Assembly: GCA_000002435.2 (NCBI GenBank)
Contig: CM018793.1
Length of the DNA stretch: 64,000 nucleotides
Reading direction: 5' to 3' (one strand)
From: Giardia intestinalis
Lineage: Eukaryota
The notes beneath the pieces were generated by a model. It had not been told where the DNA came from. It was given only the letters and a program-made list of their open reading frames with translations, and made no database searches. A program made the translations under genes and the position numbers. Positions 41,614 through 52,458 of this stretch are shown piece by piece (the stretch's first letter is position 1; the number at the start of each line of letters is the position of its first letter).

Positions 41614-44600
41614 ATGTTTCCTGGCTTACCGAATCCCAGTAAGCCGGTGACTGACAACGATATTATGGACGCGTACCTCCAACTGAGGAAGCAGACGGGA
41701 TCCCGGTCCTCTTCGCCAGCTAAGTCCTTATCGAAGCCGGCCGCCCTTCCCAAGACTCTTAAGCCTATACAAGTTTCGCATCAAATGAAGATAGATACTG
41801 AAACGGCTTCTCTAGCGGTAGAGCATCGGTTTACAGATCACATGTACGACCTCTTTGGAGAGCTTGAAAACGATCCTATTTTTGGGGAAGATGGGCTACT
41901 GAGGAGCAATGGTTCACTTCTACATGTCTCTTCTTCTCTCAAAGTCCCTTTCGGCAAAGAGGTTGGCATTACTGACCTTTCGCCCTCCAGATTCTCGACC
42001 GTGTCTAGCCCTTCCCCGCACTCAACCAGCTCAGGTAGCCTCAAGACAAAGGATCCTTTGGATATTTACCTAGAGTCGGCATATTCTGCTTTAGACACCG
42101 TAAACACCTTTGACCCTTCCGCCGCAGATGTGCTCTATAGGGTGATTAAGTGGCTAGTAACCGACGCTCGAGTCAAGCCTGAGGAGGTAGCGCGCCACAA
42201 GGAAGCATCTGCCCATGCTCTCGCTCTGGTCGCAGACAGAGAAAAAGTGATCGAATCCCTTACAAAGGAGAAGAACTCTGCTGTGGCCGAGTTTGAGGAC
42301 CTACGAAGACAAATAAAAGACTCAGAAAGCGCTGCTGCTAGACTCCAGTTCGACCTAGACTCATCTAGAGCGGAGATTCGCATGCATCTGGAGAAGATCT
42401 CTCTTCTCCAAGCAGATTTACTTGAAGAGGAAAAAAAGTTTTATGACATGAAGATGGAGAGAAATAAGTTAGCTTACCGGAACACGGAGCTGGTCACCAC
42501 TGGTGTTGAGTTACGCACGCAGATAGAGGAGTTTATTAAAGTCCAGAAGGAGTGCACGTCTCACGACGAGGAGTACACTATGGAGATTAAAAGGCTGAAG
42601 AGTGAGCTTGACAATCTGAAGGAGCAGTATGACGATGACATTGTGGCGTATCAGCAAATAGTGGGCTCAAAGACAGAGTTGATTGCAGATTTAACAATGC
42701 AATGCAACACGGCTCAGAATGAAGTTATGATATTAAAGGACAAACTAGCGTACATGCAGAATTGTATTATGGCCAACAAAACGGTCTCAAGCCAAAGAGT
42801 CAAAGATGGGAGCCTTGAGGGCAGCCTTGTCGGGATTGTCGATCAATCAACAAAGAATACTAAAGGCAGTGGTGATCAATCTGATACCGCGTCACAAGCT
42901 AGAGCGGCTGTAAAAAAATCTAAGCCAACTCGTGGTATCGCTGTCCAGATAGGAGGTGACAAAGATGGCCTCTGCACAGTTGCAGGAGAAGATCTAGAGG
43001 ACTCTGAGGCTAGCTCATTTATCCAGTTCAGACTAGGAGATGCAGGAGCCGGTTCTCAGCTACTGGACTTGCCCTCTCTGGCAGCCTTCCTATCTGCCCA
43101 AGTGAGCGCGGAGGCATCGAAGGTGAATGCCCTGCTGGATATATGCTCTACTGGTTCGCCTTCTAAGCAGTCCAATGTTGCTTCCAATGTAATCAGGCGG
43201 AAGATGCAGCTATTCAACAATCAGGTTTCAAAATATAAAGAGCTCTTGATCAAACTTGCTAACTCTGAGGACGTGGCTGTCGATCTGGACGTAGACTCAG
43301 ATATAGACTTTCAGGCCAGCCCACATACCCACTCGGCAAAGAATCCAAACGAGAACCCTTCCAAGAAGACTCTGCATGGAGTAAGCTCCTCTTCTGATGC
43401 CCAATTGAAGACCGATGACATTAGGACGTTGCAGACTATACAAGCAGTGCTTGGTGAGACGTTTACACTGGATGATCTCATCACTAACGAGGAGCTTTTA
43501 CGCATCGTGGGAGAAGCGAAACTGAACTTGCTTCTAGGTAAACTCAAGCAGAGAGGGTGCTCAACCTTTAACGCGAGCAACCTACTCAGCGAGGCTAGCA
43601 CTAAAGACGCCGATGATTCTAAGCTAAGCGTGGCACAGCATTCTCTACCACTCAGGGAGCCAGGAAAAGAACAGCTATTTGCAGCTACGAGTCCTCATGT
43701 TAAAGCACCCAAAAAAGGAGGACAAAAGAATGCACTAGGAACAGAGTCCTTAACCCGCAAAAAAGCTCCATCATTTCCGCAAAAGGTGTTGAATCACACT
43801 GGAGTTAGAACTGCACAGAAAACCATGCCTAATCGTGCAGCAGTACGTGATGGCAAACTTCCACAGGATGAGGCTTCACAGCTTGTCATGGACGGCCGCT
43901 TAGAGGGCCAAATGCTGCAGAAGATCACTGATATTTCGCAAATTGATGTCAACCTTAATCCAGAAAACGACTCACTGATAGAGGAAAATGGGCCAAGCAA
44001 TCTCCTACCTTCCGATATGACTGAAGAGACGCCTATCTACGGATATGTGTCACCGGCTCTCACCTCAGATATATTTGGTGCTGACCCTAAAGGATCACGC
44101 GAGTACCCAACCAAGGTTATCACTGACAAGAACACTGTGGAGAACAAGCCCGAATCAGTTGTGCATAATAGACTCTCTACTGAAACGAGTGTCTCCCAGA
44201 AAAAGCCTGTAACAGCTATTGCTATGACAGGAACGCGAACTGCGACCCAAGAGTCAGCAGAAGAGACACACCAAGCTATGAAGGAAATTCTTGAGCCTCC
44301 TGCTCGCCTGCAAACGCCGCAAGATCAACAGAGGCAGAGAATGCCTCCTGACACGAAGCAACAGGCCATGTACACTGTCACCACCAAGCAAGACTCTCAA
44401 TTGTTAACTGGAATGGTTGTTAAAGCAACAGGTCCTCTAGTTTCTGAAACGCCAGTGCGCATAAAAGGCACACCATCCGTTCAGGTAGGGAAAGCCACGC
44501 CACACATTTATAAGTCCAGTGTACGGCAGCCTAATGACCAGATGGTATTTCTACCAGGTAACCCAGTTAAGAGCATAGGCAAATTGAATGACCATCAGGA

Positions 44601-47600
44601 CAGCGACGATGAATCGGAGTCCAGTTCATCTTCGTCTCTTTCACTAAGTTCACACTTTGAAGATGGCAAGCTCCTAGAGAAGGATGTTGCTGGCGGAGTG
44701 ACCAATGAACCGGCTGCATCTCCAACCCAAATAGGTCTTACTGAAGATCGTAAACATAAAAAGAAGAAGCATAACGCTAAAGCACATATTAAATCTGATA
44801 AGGAACAAGGCATATTGATACAGCTCCAAGGAAAAGATGCTAAGAAGGGCTACTACACGTATCTACAGACAAAGAACGACAAGGCATTGCAGTATGAACC
44901 TCTCCTCGAGGGCAGCCGTGCATTTTCTGATGTTATTCTCACGGCGTCACATATTTATGATCCACATTTTGAGAATGCCCTTCTGGCGAAAAGTAAGCAG
45001 GCGCTGGAGCGCATTAAGACCAGGGCCCTGTCGGACCGCACAAAGCTACAGATGGCAGACCTTGATTATAACTACAAAATGCCGGCAAACAGCATCTTGC
45101 AAGGATCCCAACTTCTCAAACGTCAGCAATCAGAGCCGGATCTGTCCAGGGGCTCCGAGAAGCTGGGCGGCCCTATCGTTACGGCCTTGTTTGATGGAAC
45201 AATTCCTCATGTAGATGGAGTTACATCAGTTGCAAAGAAACTGATAGAAAATAAAGCTATTGATCACACTCCTAGAGGAGATGCTTCTGTGAGTGACCTA
45301 GATCTTTCGGGCCTTAGAACATATGACACAGGAAGCTTTGCGTCAAGCAAGTCGGTATTGGACAATGACGATCCACTAATTGACATGGCACAACGCGCAG
45401 TGAGACATTTCCGCTTGGTTGGTAAAAGCATGCAAGCGGACGACACTCCACCCTTCACTACTGAAGCAGCTACCAGTACACCCATGCGGGAAGAACTGCC
45501 CACAAATCCTAAGCCTTTACTCTCCTTGCATCAATCACCTCCAATAGAGCTGCAAGAGCATAAGACTGCGGCTGGGGAAGTGTGCCAATCCAGTCACGAT
45601 ATGTCTGCGTCGAAGCCTGAACCTACCCTAGCGTCTGCAAAACGTGAGAATTTAGTCTCACAGGCGAGCTCCTTGTTGAAGAAAACAGCCCCCATCCTGG
45701 TTCGTACATTTGAACCTGATCCGCTTTTATCGGACCGAGCCACTGATGAAGAAGGTAGCACTAATAAGTGTTGTTATGATATTGAGTCTATCTTTTCACT
45801 GGGAATGCCTAGCGACGAGAAGTCCTTTGAATTGCTAAGAACTGCTGTTTCGGCGCTAGCTGCTAAAAATATGGCATTGCATGATGAGATAGAAATGCTT
45901 AAGCAGAAGCTTGCAAGCGCTAAATCCACTAGCATCGCTCATCCGACTCCGTCAATATCTATGGCATGTCAATCAGATCCCAATCCAGCGGCAATGGCGT
46001 CACCAGCAAAGACAGATACTGAGGCATTTACTGTTGCCGCGGATTCATCTCACCCGAAGCGGCAAGAATTGCGATCTTTTTATCCCCCAAAGGCATTGAA
46101 TGTTCCTGCGCAGTGTTCTTCTAATGACCTCGTGGACCAGCAGCCTAATGCTTCTTTTGTGTCGCCTCCAACAAACTCCTTTGTAGAAATTAAGTCACAG
46201 GAGGGACTGATAGATACACGCTCTCCATGTCAATTTGAGACTGATCAAAGGACTATCAATTTGGAGTTTTCCAACGAGGAGAGAGTAGGTTCAGCGGTCG
46301 TAAAGCGAAAGCTAGGATATGAGGTGTTGACACACGTTGCCCAGGTAGCTCACGAGCCGCTTCTCAAGCCAAATAAGGACATAGTCCACCAATCAGAACT
46401 TTATGCCTATCCTCTTGTTGATCCAGCAGCTGAGAATACAGCGGATGGTGGCTTTGGAGCTTCACTTACCTATGATACTGCCTTAAATCTGGCGAAGTCT
46501 TCTATTAGCAAGTCGATAATAGTTAAGAACAAGGCCATAGATCATCCAACCCAGTCAGCAGAGCTCGACAATCTAATGCAGATAGACCCTAACAGTGAGC
46601 ATGTTCTTGCCCTGTCTGATGGCTCCGAAGATGAATTCCATCAGTTGGCAAGTACCAACACTGCTGATACTTTTAGACCCAGTGCTACAGAACAGCACAT
46701 AAATAGAATTCTGTTTCGCAATCACGCAAAGCCTCTGCTAGATGAGTACACGTCCATCAAGCATGCCAATGGACTCACTACTAATGCAAATTCACGCGAC
46801 GAAAATATTCCTAGTGCTCGATCCGCAGCACTACCTGTTTTGGTTACTGATCTAAAAGCTGCAGGTCTCAAAGGGAGGCCTCATCGCTCTGCAAGCGCAT
46901 CAACCAGTGTCCAGGGTACTGCTTTGCAACTGTTCCCCGCGGAAGATATTGACACGCAAAATCAGTATCTGGTAAGAACAGGATCATGCAAGGCAATCTT
47001 GATAACTACGCAAAATGAAGAGCCCCTGGGTAGCAAGGAATTAGAAAATTCTAATGGCAACATTGCTAGCAGTACTGATAATCAAAAACCTCCTTCAACG
47101 TCTGATAGGTTTTTACAGGGGCTGCAACCTCCCACCAATGGAAGAATCCAGCTAGATGGAGATGAAGATAAGACCACTGTTGTTGGCGCATCTCAGTACA
47201 ATCCATATATGCAGAAAAGAGTTGTGCCTTATGGAGACTTGCAGACGAGTAGAATCCACGTCCAGGATAACTGCGAAGTGGTCCCTGCTGATCTTTTATA
47301 CAAGGAGCCAACCGATGAAGAGGTAATAAGGCAGCACATACACCAGTCTGCACAGGCAGACCTAGATGCTTCGGCTGAAAGGCTTGGCAGTCTGGTGCGT
47401 AATCGGTGCAACGCTATCACAGAGCGCCCTATCAACTTAAAGTCACAACGCTCTTCTCCAAAACAATCGCCATCTAGATCTATCTCCCCAACCGTTACAG
47501 CTATGGGCAAGGGCGAGGTTTCTGCGGAGCCTCACCTCTATACTAGCGCACCTCTGAGTCCTATGCGGATGCTTCCACAGCAAAATGACGGGGCCGTTCA

Positions 47601-49803
47601 TCAGGGCTTGCAATCCAAACGTATGTCATATCCAAACACGTTCACTTGGAGAGAAGAAAAGCACCATGATTTTCAGGTTCTGTCTCCACGACGGCACACA
47701 TCAAACAAGAAGACAGGGTCATCGTTCAGCTTAGCGCTAAAGAAGGAAGAGCTGCGGCAACGGAATGAATTAGCTAAGCACATTCACATCCTAGAGGCAG
47801 AACTAGCGCTTGAGCGACAGCGCGTTGAAATGGCGCAGACAAATCCCATGATGATATCGTGCAACTACAATCCAAGCTCTTACCCCTCTGCATTTTTTCA
47901 GGTGAGCGACGGGTTCAAGACTATAATGATCAAAAATCTCAAGAGCAAGCCAGCTGCCCGTCTCCTTTTGCGTGTAGGATCAGATTCTTTAGAGCGGAAC
48001 GATGCTTCTTCCGTGAGGGCGCCTGTAGCAACCCGCTCGCATAGATCTGTTCACCTTCCTTCTGCTCCAGTGGCTATTCCATTATTTGAGCCAACTGAAG
48101 TCCATCAAGGGCTGGCGATAAGCGTTAAGAAAGAGCAGAACCCGGATATCAATGAGCATGTTACCTTCAATGACTCTCTCACCTATGCCACTGCACTAGA
48201 CTGTTTACTGAATGAGATTTTTCCGCTCCCGCCTTCTATCTATAACAACACGCTGACATCATCAGCATTCCTTCAGTCCTATGTTGCAAAGTTTCCAGAA
48301 CTAGCTGAACTACGCAGAGCTCGGACAGCTGCAGCAGATATTCTTCTTTTAGTTCCAGCATCCTGTCCTGCAGCAGAATTGGGAAAATACATTTGTGACT
48401 ACCGTGCGACTAATCCACAAACACATACCTATCCATTGGCTATCGGGGACAAGGTGACCATGGTCTTTTATAAACAAGAGCTTACCAAAGGGGATGGGCG
48501 CGTCATAGAGTCCACACCTGATCCTGCTATCCAGTTCCTGGTCACTAACTCACCAGATCTACAACTGTTACGATATAACACTACAGCAATATATGCATTA
48601 CTTCCATGCCATGTTAAGATTAAATCCATCTCTTGGTTGACACGATTGATCCGACTTCTGATTGAAGAGATTACAAGTCAGGGCCCAGTATCTGCTTTGC
48701 TAGATAGGAACATGGCTATTAAGCGCGTCCATTTATGGGCAAAGAAAAAGTATGGTCTTCAACAATTGGTTACGAATCTTCTCTGGCATCTGTATTGCTC
48801 TCTACTTTTTCATCGACGCACTGATGTAGAGGTGGATTTCTTTGCACGTATTCTGTGCGGAGACTATGATGCCGACCAGCTAAACTTTTATTTGAGCCTC
48901 CGCGATCTGCTTATGCTATCTGCAGGTGCTCAAGATAAGGATAAAGATAAAAGTAGAGACAACTGTGATAGCGGAGATTCTTCTGCAGCTTCCGATAAAA
49001 GTCAACACATAATCGCCTTGAGCGCAGCATTCTCAGTGACAGACAAGCTTTTCCCGATGCTAAACTCCGCTGACGCCTATGAGGTGTTTGGGGCCATCCT
49101 GGACAATTCTACCTTAATGACAGACTCCAGGGATGTTTTCAGAACCGATCTCCGTGCGCATATTAGCACTGTAAAAGACAATCCTGACAAGTGCTCCTCC
49201 ATACGGTCTCTTTCCGTGCCTGTAGGAACTCTGGAAACGTATGTGCTCGTACACATATTACTTAGCATATACACATCTAGAAGAACGGTATTTAACATGC
49301 ATCTCATAGATTTGTTTGAAGCAAGTGCTAGCAGTGCCGGTCCCAAAGCAGGACTGAGCTTAGAAATTGGTCTCGAGATTCTGCGGAAAGCGTGGCCGTA
49401 CCTGCACCGCGAGACCATACTCTCGTTAGTTCATAGAAAGAACCCCAACTCCGCGGTAACTCAGGTGCTGCATTTCGAGGAGTTCGTGGAGCTGTTGGCA
49501 GGTCTTGTTATTGCACCCCCTACTACGATAGACCCTCTCCTTCTACAAGCAAAGGCCGGATTTGCTGCTGCGGAGCAGCAAGCGGTGAAGTTGATACCTC
49601 TTTTGGACAAGGATGTGCCGGACGATGCAGCGCTTTTGCAGGCGCTGGATTCTTTGCGGCAAGATGCCATTGCTGCGCTGCAAAGGCAGTGTTCGCTCAA
49701 GGCAAATGTTGTGGTCGCTGAGTACCTTCGGGTGGCAGAGTTTGAAGGAATGAGGAGAGGCCTTGTGGAAGAAACTCCCGATACTCCAAACGAAATAGAA
49801 TGA
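41614..49803 (+). CDS. giant hypothetical protein (2729 aa), N-terminal coiled-coil region then Ser/Thr-rich low complexity
   Basis: 8.2-kb uninterrupted ORF from an ATG 20 bp after the previous stop (ataaaataagcaaaaacgtcaaagatagc-ATG). Coiled-coil segment ~residues 190-400. Confidence 0.7.
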   Translation: MFPGLPNPSKPVTDNDIMDAYLQLRKQTGSRSSSPAKSLSKPAALPKTLKPIQVSHQMKIDTETASLAVEHRFTDHMYDLFGELENDPIFGEDGLLRSNGSLLHVSSSLKVPFGKEVGITDLSPSRFSTVSSPSPHSTSSGSLKTKDPLDIYLESAYSALDTVNTFDPSAADVLYRVIKWLVTDARVKPEEVARHKEASAHALALVADREKVIESLTKEKNSAVAEFEDLRRQIKDSESAAARLQFDLDSSRAEIRMHLEKISLLQADLLEEEKKFYDMKMERNKLAYRNTELVTTGVELRTQIEEFIKVQKECTSHDEEYTMEIKRLKSELDNLKEQYDDDIVAYQQIVGSKTELIADLTMQCNTAQNEVMILKDKLAYMQNCIMANKTVSSQRVKDGSLEGSLVGIVDQSTKNTKGSGDQSDTASQARAAVKKSKPTRGIAVQIGGDKDGLCTVAGEDLEDSEASSFIQFRLGDAGAGSQLLDLPSLAAFLSAQVSAEASKVNALLDICSTGSPSKQSNVASNVIRRKMQLFNNQVSKYKELLIKLANSEDVAVDLDVDSDIDFQASPHTHSAKNPNENPSKKTLHGVSSSSDAQLKTDDIRTLQTIQAVLGETFTLDDLITNEELLRIVGEAKLNLLLGKLKQRGCSTFNASNLLSEASTKDADDSKLSVAQHSLPLREPGKEQLFAATSPHVKAPKKGGQKNALGTESLTRKKAPSFPQKVLNHTGVRTAQKTMPNRAAVRDGKLPQDEASQLVMDGRLEGQMLQKITDISQIDVNLNPENDSLIEENGPSNLLPSDMTEETPIYGYVSPALTSDIFGADPKGSREYPTKVITDKNTVENKPESVVHNRLSTETSVSQKKPVTAIAMTGTRTATQESAEETHQAMKEILEPPARLQTPQDQQRQRMPPDTKQQAMYTVTTKQDSQLLTGMVVKATGPLVSETPVRIKGTPSVQVGKATPHIYKSSVRQPNDQMVFLPGNPVKSIGKLNDHQDSDDESESSSSSSLSLSSHFEDGKLLEKDVAGGVTNEPAASPTQIGLTEDRKHKKKKHNAKAHIKSDKEQGILIQLQGKDAKKGYYTYLQTKNDKALQYEPLLEGSRAFSDVILTASHIYDPHFENALLAKSKQALERIKTRALSDRTKLQMADLDYNYKMPANSILQGSQLLKRQQSEPDLSRGSEKLGGPIVTALFDGTIPHVDGVTSVAKKLIENKAIDHTPRGDASVSDLDLSGLRTYDTGSFASSKSVLDNDDPLIDMAQRAVRHFRLVGKSMQADDTPPFTTEAATSTPMREELPTNPKPLLSLHQSPPIELQEHKTAAGEVCQSSHDMSASKPEPTLASAKRENLVSQASSLLKKTAPILVRTFEPDPLLSDRATDEEGSTNKCCYDIESIFSLGMPSDEKSFELLRTAVSALAAKNMALHDEIEMLKQKLASAKSTSIAHPTPSISMACQSDPNPAAMASPAKTDTEAFTVAADSSHPKRQELRSFYPPKALNVPAQCSSNDLVDQQPNASFVSPPTNSFVEIKSQEGLIDTRSPCQFETDQRTINLEFSNEERVGSAVVKRKLGYEVLTHVAQVAHEPLLKPNKDIVHQSELYAYPLVDPAAENTADGGFGASLTYDTALNLAKSSISKSIIVKNKAIDHPTQSAELDNLMQIDPNSEHVLALSDGSEDEFHQLASTNTADTFRPSATEQHINRILFRNHAKPLLDEYTSIKHANGLTTNANSRDENIPSARSAALPVLVTDLKAAGLKGRPHRSASASTSVQGTALQLFPAEDIDTQNQYLVRTGSCKAILITTQNEEPLGSKELENSNGNIASSTDNQKPPSTSDRFLQGLQPPTNGRIQLDGDEDKTTVVGASQYNPYMQKRVVPYGDLQTSRIHVQDNCEVVPADLLYKEPTDEEVIRQHIHQSAQADLDASAERLGSLVRNRCNAITERPINLKSQRSSPKQSPSRSISPTVTAMGKGEVSAEPHLYTSAPLSPMRMLPQQNDGAVHQGLQSKRMSYPNTFTWREEKHHDFQVLSPRRHTSNKKTGSSFSLALKKEELRQRNELAKHIHILEAELALERQRVEMAQTNPMMISCNYNPSSYPSAFFQVSDGFKTIMIKNLKSKPAARLLLRVGSDSLERNDASSVRAPVATRSHRSVHLPSAPVAIPLFEPTEVHQGLAISVKKEQNPDINEHVTFNDSLTYATALDCLLNEIFPLPPSIYNNTLTSSAFLQSYVAKFPELAELRRARTAAADILLLVPASCPAAELGKYICDYRATNPQTHTYPLAIGDKVTMVFYKQELTKGDGRVIESTPDPAIQFLVTNSPDLQLLRYNTTAIYALLPCHVKIKSISWLTRLIRLLIEEITSQGPVSALLDRNMAIKRVHLWAKKKYGLQQLVTNLLWHLYCSLLFHRRTDVEVDFFARILCGDYDADQLNFYLSLRDLLMLSAGAQDKDKDKSRDNCDSGDSSAASDKSQHIIALSAAFSVTDKLFPMLNSADAYEVFGAILDNSTLMTDSRDVFRTDLRAHISTVKDNPDKCSSIRSLSVPVGTLETYVLVHILLSIYTSRRTVFNMHLIDLFEASASSAGPKAGLSLEIGLEILRKAWPYLHRETILSLVHRKNPNSAVTQVLHFEEFVELLAGLVIAPPTTIDPLLLQAKAGFAAAEQQAVKLIPLLDKDVPDDAALLQALDSLRQDAIAALQRQCSLKANVVVAEYLRVAEFEGMRRGLVEETPDTPNEIE

Positions 49804-49867
49804 ACTCCTTCCCCATAAAGCCAACTATACTTATGTAAAAGTGTGTGTTGTCGCTTTGAATAAAAGT

Positions 49868-50374
49868 ATGGAGCGTGAAGAGGTTCCTGTTTTTGACCCT
49901 GAAACGCTCGAGATAATAGGGAAGAGGTATCGCGATGAACTTACGAAAGAGGACATCCATGGAATTGTCTGCGTTGTCGTCGAGAATTCCGTTGGACAGA
50001 TATTTATGCAAGTTCGCTCTCACACGAAGAAGCTCTATCCTGGAGCCTTTGATCTGTCTGCAAGCGGGTTTGTGCGTGCAGGCGAGCGCTTTGAGGAGTC
50101 TGCATCTCGTGAGCTTGCAGAGGAAATTGGACTGATCGTCGACCCCTCAGCGTTGTCTGAGAGATTGATTTTCCGGGGGATGCTAGCGCCTTCAGAGTAC
50201 CCCTGCTATACACATGTTTACAAGGTACAGACGGATGAGCCGCCTTTGACGTCGACTGATGAGGTCGAGGATGGAAAGTGGTTTGCTCTAGACGAACTGC
50301 GGACAGCAATGCAGACCCAGCCAAAGCGTTTCACACGACTTGCACCTTTGGTTCTGAACCGAGTTTATCCATGA
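49868..50374 (+). CDS. Nudix hydrolase
   Basis: Nudix box GFVRAGERFEESASRELAEEIGL (Gx5Ex7REUxEExGU). The track start is a GTG. The ATG at 49868 follows gctttgaataaaagt. Confidence 0.8.
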   Translation: MEREEVPVFDPETLEIIGKRYRDELTKEDIHGIVCVVVENSVGQIFMQVRSHTKKLYPGAFDLSASGFVRAGERFEESASRELAEEIGLIVDPSALSERLIFRGMLAPSEYPCYTHVYKVQTDEPPLTSTDEVEDGKWFALDELRTAMQTQPKRFTRLAPLVLNRVYP

Positions 50375-50381
50375 TTAGAGC

Positions 50382-51524
50382 TTAACAGCCATTAAGGACG
50401 CTCATGATTATTCCCCTCTCTGCTTCGTCAGGACACATTTCGTATGGCTGTGTCTGCTTCTTGACGTCTTGTGCTGGAGATACGCAGTAGAGCGTGCTAT
50501 AATACTGTGCATAGTCATGAACTGTCAGACCTCCTTCAACGCCATTCCGTTTTGCATATCCCAGAAGTGAGTTAGATAAGCACCTGATCTTGTTGAACCA
50601 CAGTGGCTTGTTCTTCTTAATCCAGTAGTGCAGTGTTTCGACCTCATTAAGCTCATTGATGAATCCTGTTTCGACTGCGAACTCCATCGCTCTCGTGCTA
50701 TCTTCATCTGGAAATGCTCTGCGCAAACTGTCCACTGCTTGCTTTCCAATCTTAATGGATGTCTCGGTGTTATTACTGTAGGCCATTACAATAGACTTCG
50801 GGGCTATCCTGAGGATTAGATCGCTGAATGTAGAGTTTTCTACAGGCACATAGTCTTGTAGTGCACCTATCTCGTCTATTACACTTTCCAATTTGAACTG
50901 GGCGGTGATACTGGATAGTTTTTCACGGACCCACTGTGGCTTTAAGGATACACCTATATCAATGTATTGTGATGCTATACTTAGCATTCGCAATAGATCT
51001 GCGTACCTATTTTGTTTAGATGGTTCTTGATCTATATGGAGAACATTCAATGGGACGCCTTCATCTCGTAAGCGTCGTGCAATGCGAGCGACTGCTTCTA
51101 TATGGCGATAGTCCGTCATGTTGTTGGGATCATCGTTGAGATATATCATCAAATCAGTTGTTATTCCTTTGCTCGCTAAGTACTGGATGTCATAAACATA
51201 ATCTTCCTCGTACGGGAGGACTCCCTTGCTATAGTAATCTTCATACTCCCACTCCACAGACCCTGCGAAGAGAATTACGTTATTAAAGCCATGGAGTGAG
51301 CAAAAGTCTGCTAACTTTTCTATTTCTCCCTGTCTGTTTTTGATCAGGAGGATCCAGGCAGGCGTGCCGTCAATACGGTTGGTTGTGGAGTGAGACCACA
51401 CATAGAGGGACTTCTTTTGTTCTTTATATGCAGTAAATTCCGGATATAGCGCGTCTACATCACTTGAAGAAGTGAATGCGTATGTTGTTACTGCAAGCTC
51501 AAGGATCAGTCCCAGTGTGAGCAT
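50382..51524 (-). CDS. hypothetical secreted protein (N-terminal signal-like segment; possible glycoside-hydrolase-like fold)
   Basis: MLTLGLILELAVTTYAFTSS hydrophobic N-terminus. 380-aa ORF with a genuine ATG. Its stop is 7 bp from the Nudix stop. Confidence 0.55.
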   Translation of the reverse strand: MLTLGLILELAVTTYAFTSSSDVDALYPEFTAYKEQKKSLYVWSHSTTNRIDGTPAWILLIKNRQGEIEKLADFCSLHGFNNVILFAGSVEWEYEDYYSKGVLPYEEDYVYDIQYLASKGITTDLMIYLNDDPNNMTDYRHIEAVARIARRLRDEGVPLNVLHIDQEPSKQNRYADLLRMLSIASQYIDIGVSLKPQWVREKLSSITAQFKLESVIDEIGALQDYVPVENSTFSDLILRIAPKSIVMAYSNNTETSIKIGKQAVDSLRRAFPDEDSTRAMEFAVETGFINELNEVETLHYWIKKNKPLWFNKIRCLSNSLLGYAKRNGVEGGLTVHDYAQYYSTLYCVSPAQDVKKQTQPYEMCPDEAERGIIMSVLNGC

Positions 51525-52458
51525 TTTATTTCCCGGGCCAGAGCATAGCTTATTAAGCCATCATTCGATTGGGTACACATATGAACAATGAGTTCCTAGT
51601 GTTCATATACTTTGGCTGAGACTTTCCTCTTCAGATACGATTACAAAAGTCTAAGATCACCTTTCTAACTATTATCTGAACAAGTTTCTTGGTAAGAAGC
51701 ATTGTTCAGATTCACACCCCAATACTTTATATCAATAATTTAGAAAGTTTCTGTAGACTGCTTGTATTATGCTGATATGTCTTTGAATAACTTGCCAACC
51801 ATATCTGCATTATCTACAAGTAAAAAGGAGAGTGCCGTATATTGCTGACTGGTGATGCATCGCACAGAAAGCATACCACAAGACAGTTTAGATAATAATT
51901 CACTCCACCTTAGTTATTTTCATCGTCGGCTCTTTGGGACTGACTAATGGCTGCCTCTGTCGTCTCTTGGTGTCCGTCCAGTTCGTGGCCTCAGAGATAC
52001 TTGAGATCTCCGGGTAGCTGGCGGTTCTTCCTTTCCAATCGCTTTGGAGACAGACTCTCGGAGCCTGTTAACTAGCCCCATCGGGTGCTCACTTTGCTGC
52101 CATGCCAAATCTCTCAAGATGTTTCTGGACATAGAATGGAGAAGTCATCTGCTCCATGTGTAATTGAGAGCATCCTATCCTTGTATCTTTGCTGCTTCCT
52201 CGTCGTAGTCAGTATGGCTATTGAATGATGCACACGTCAACTGCCTTTCACTTGCCGATAATCCAGATATCCAGCTGTTGAGTATGCGCCAGCTCCCCTA
52301 CAGCTAAGGATTGTGTGAGTGACCATGTCTGGCTTTTAGTCCTTTCTTTGTGCAGCCTTGGGGACCCTCCTCCATGGTCAAGGATTGAGCAGTCTATAAT
52401 GGCAGGATTGCGCTCGCCAGGGGCCCTTTTCCTGTCTCCTGGTGATCTAATAGTCTTT

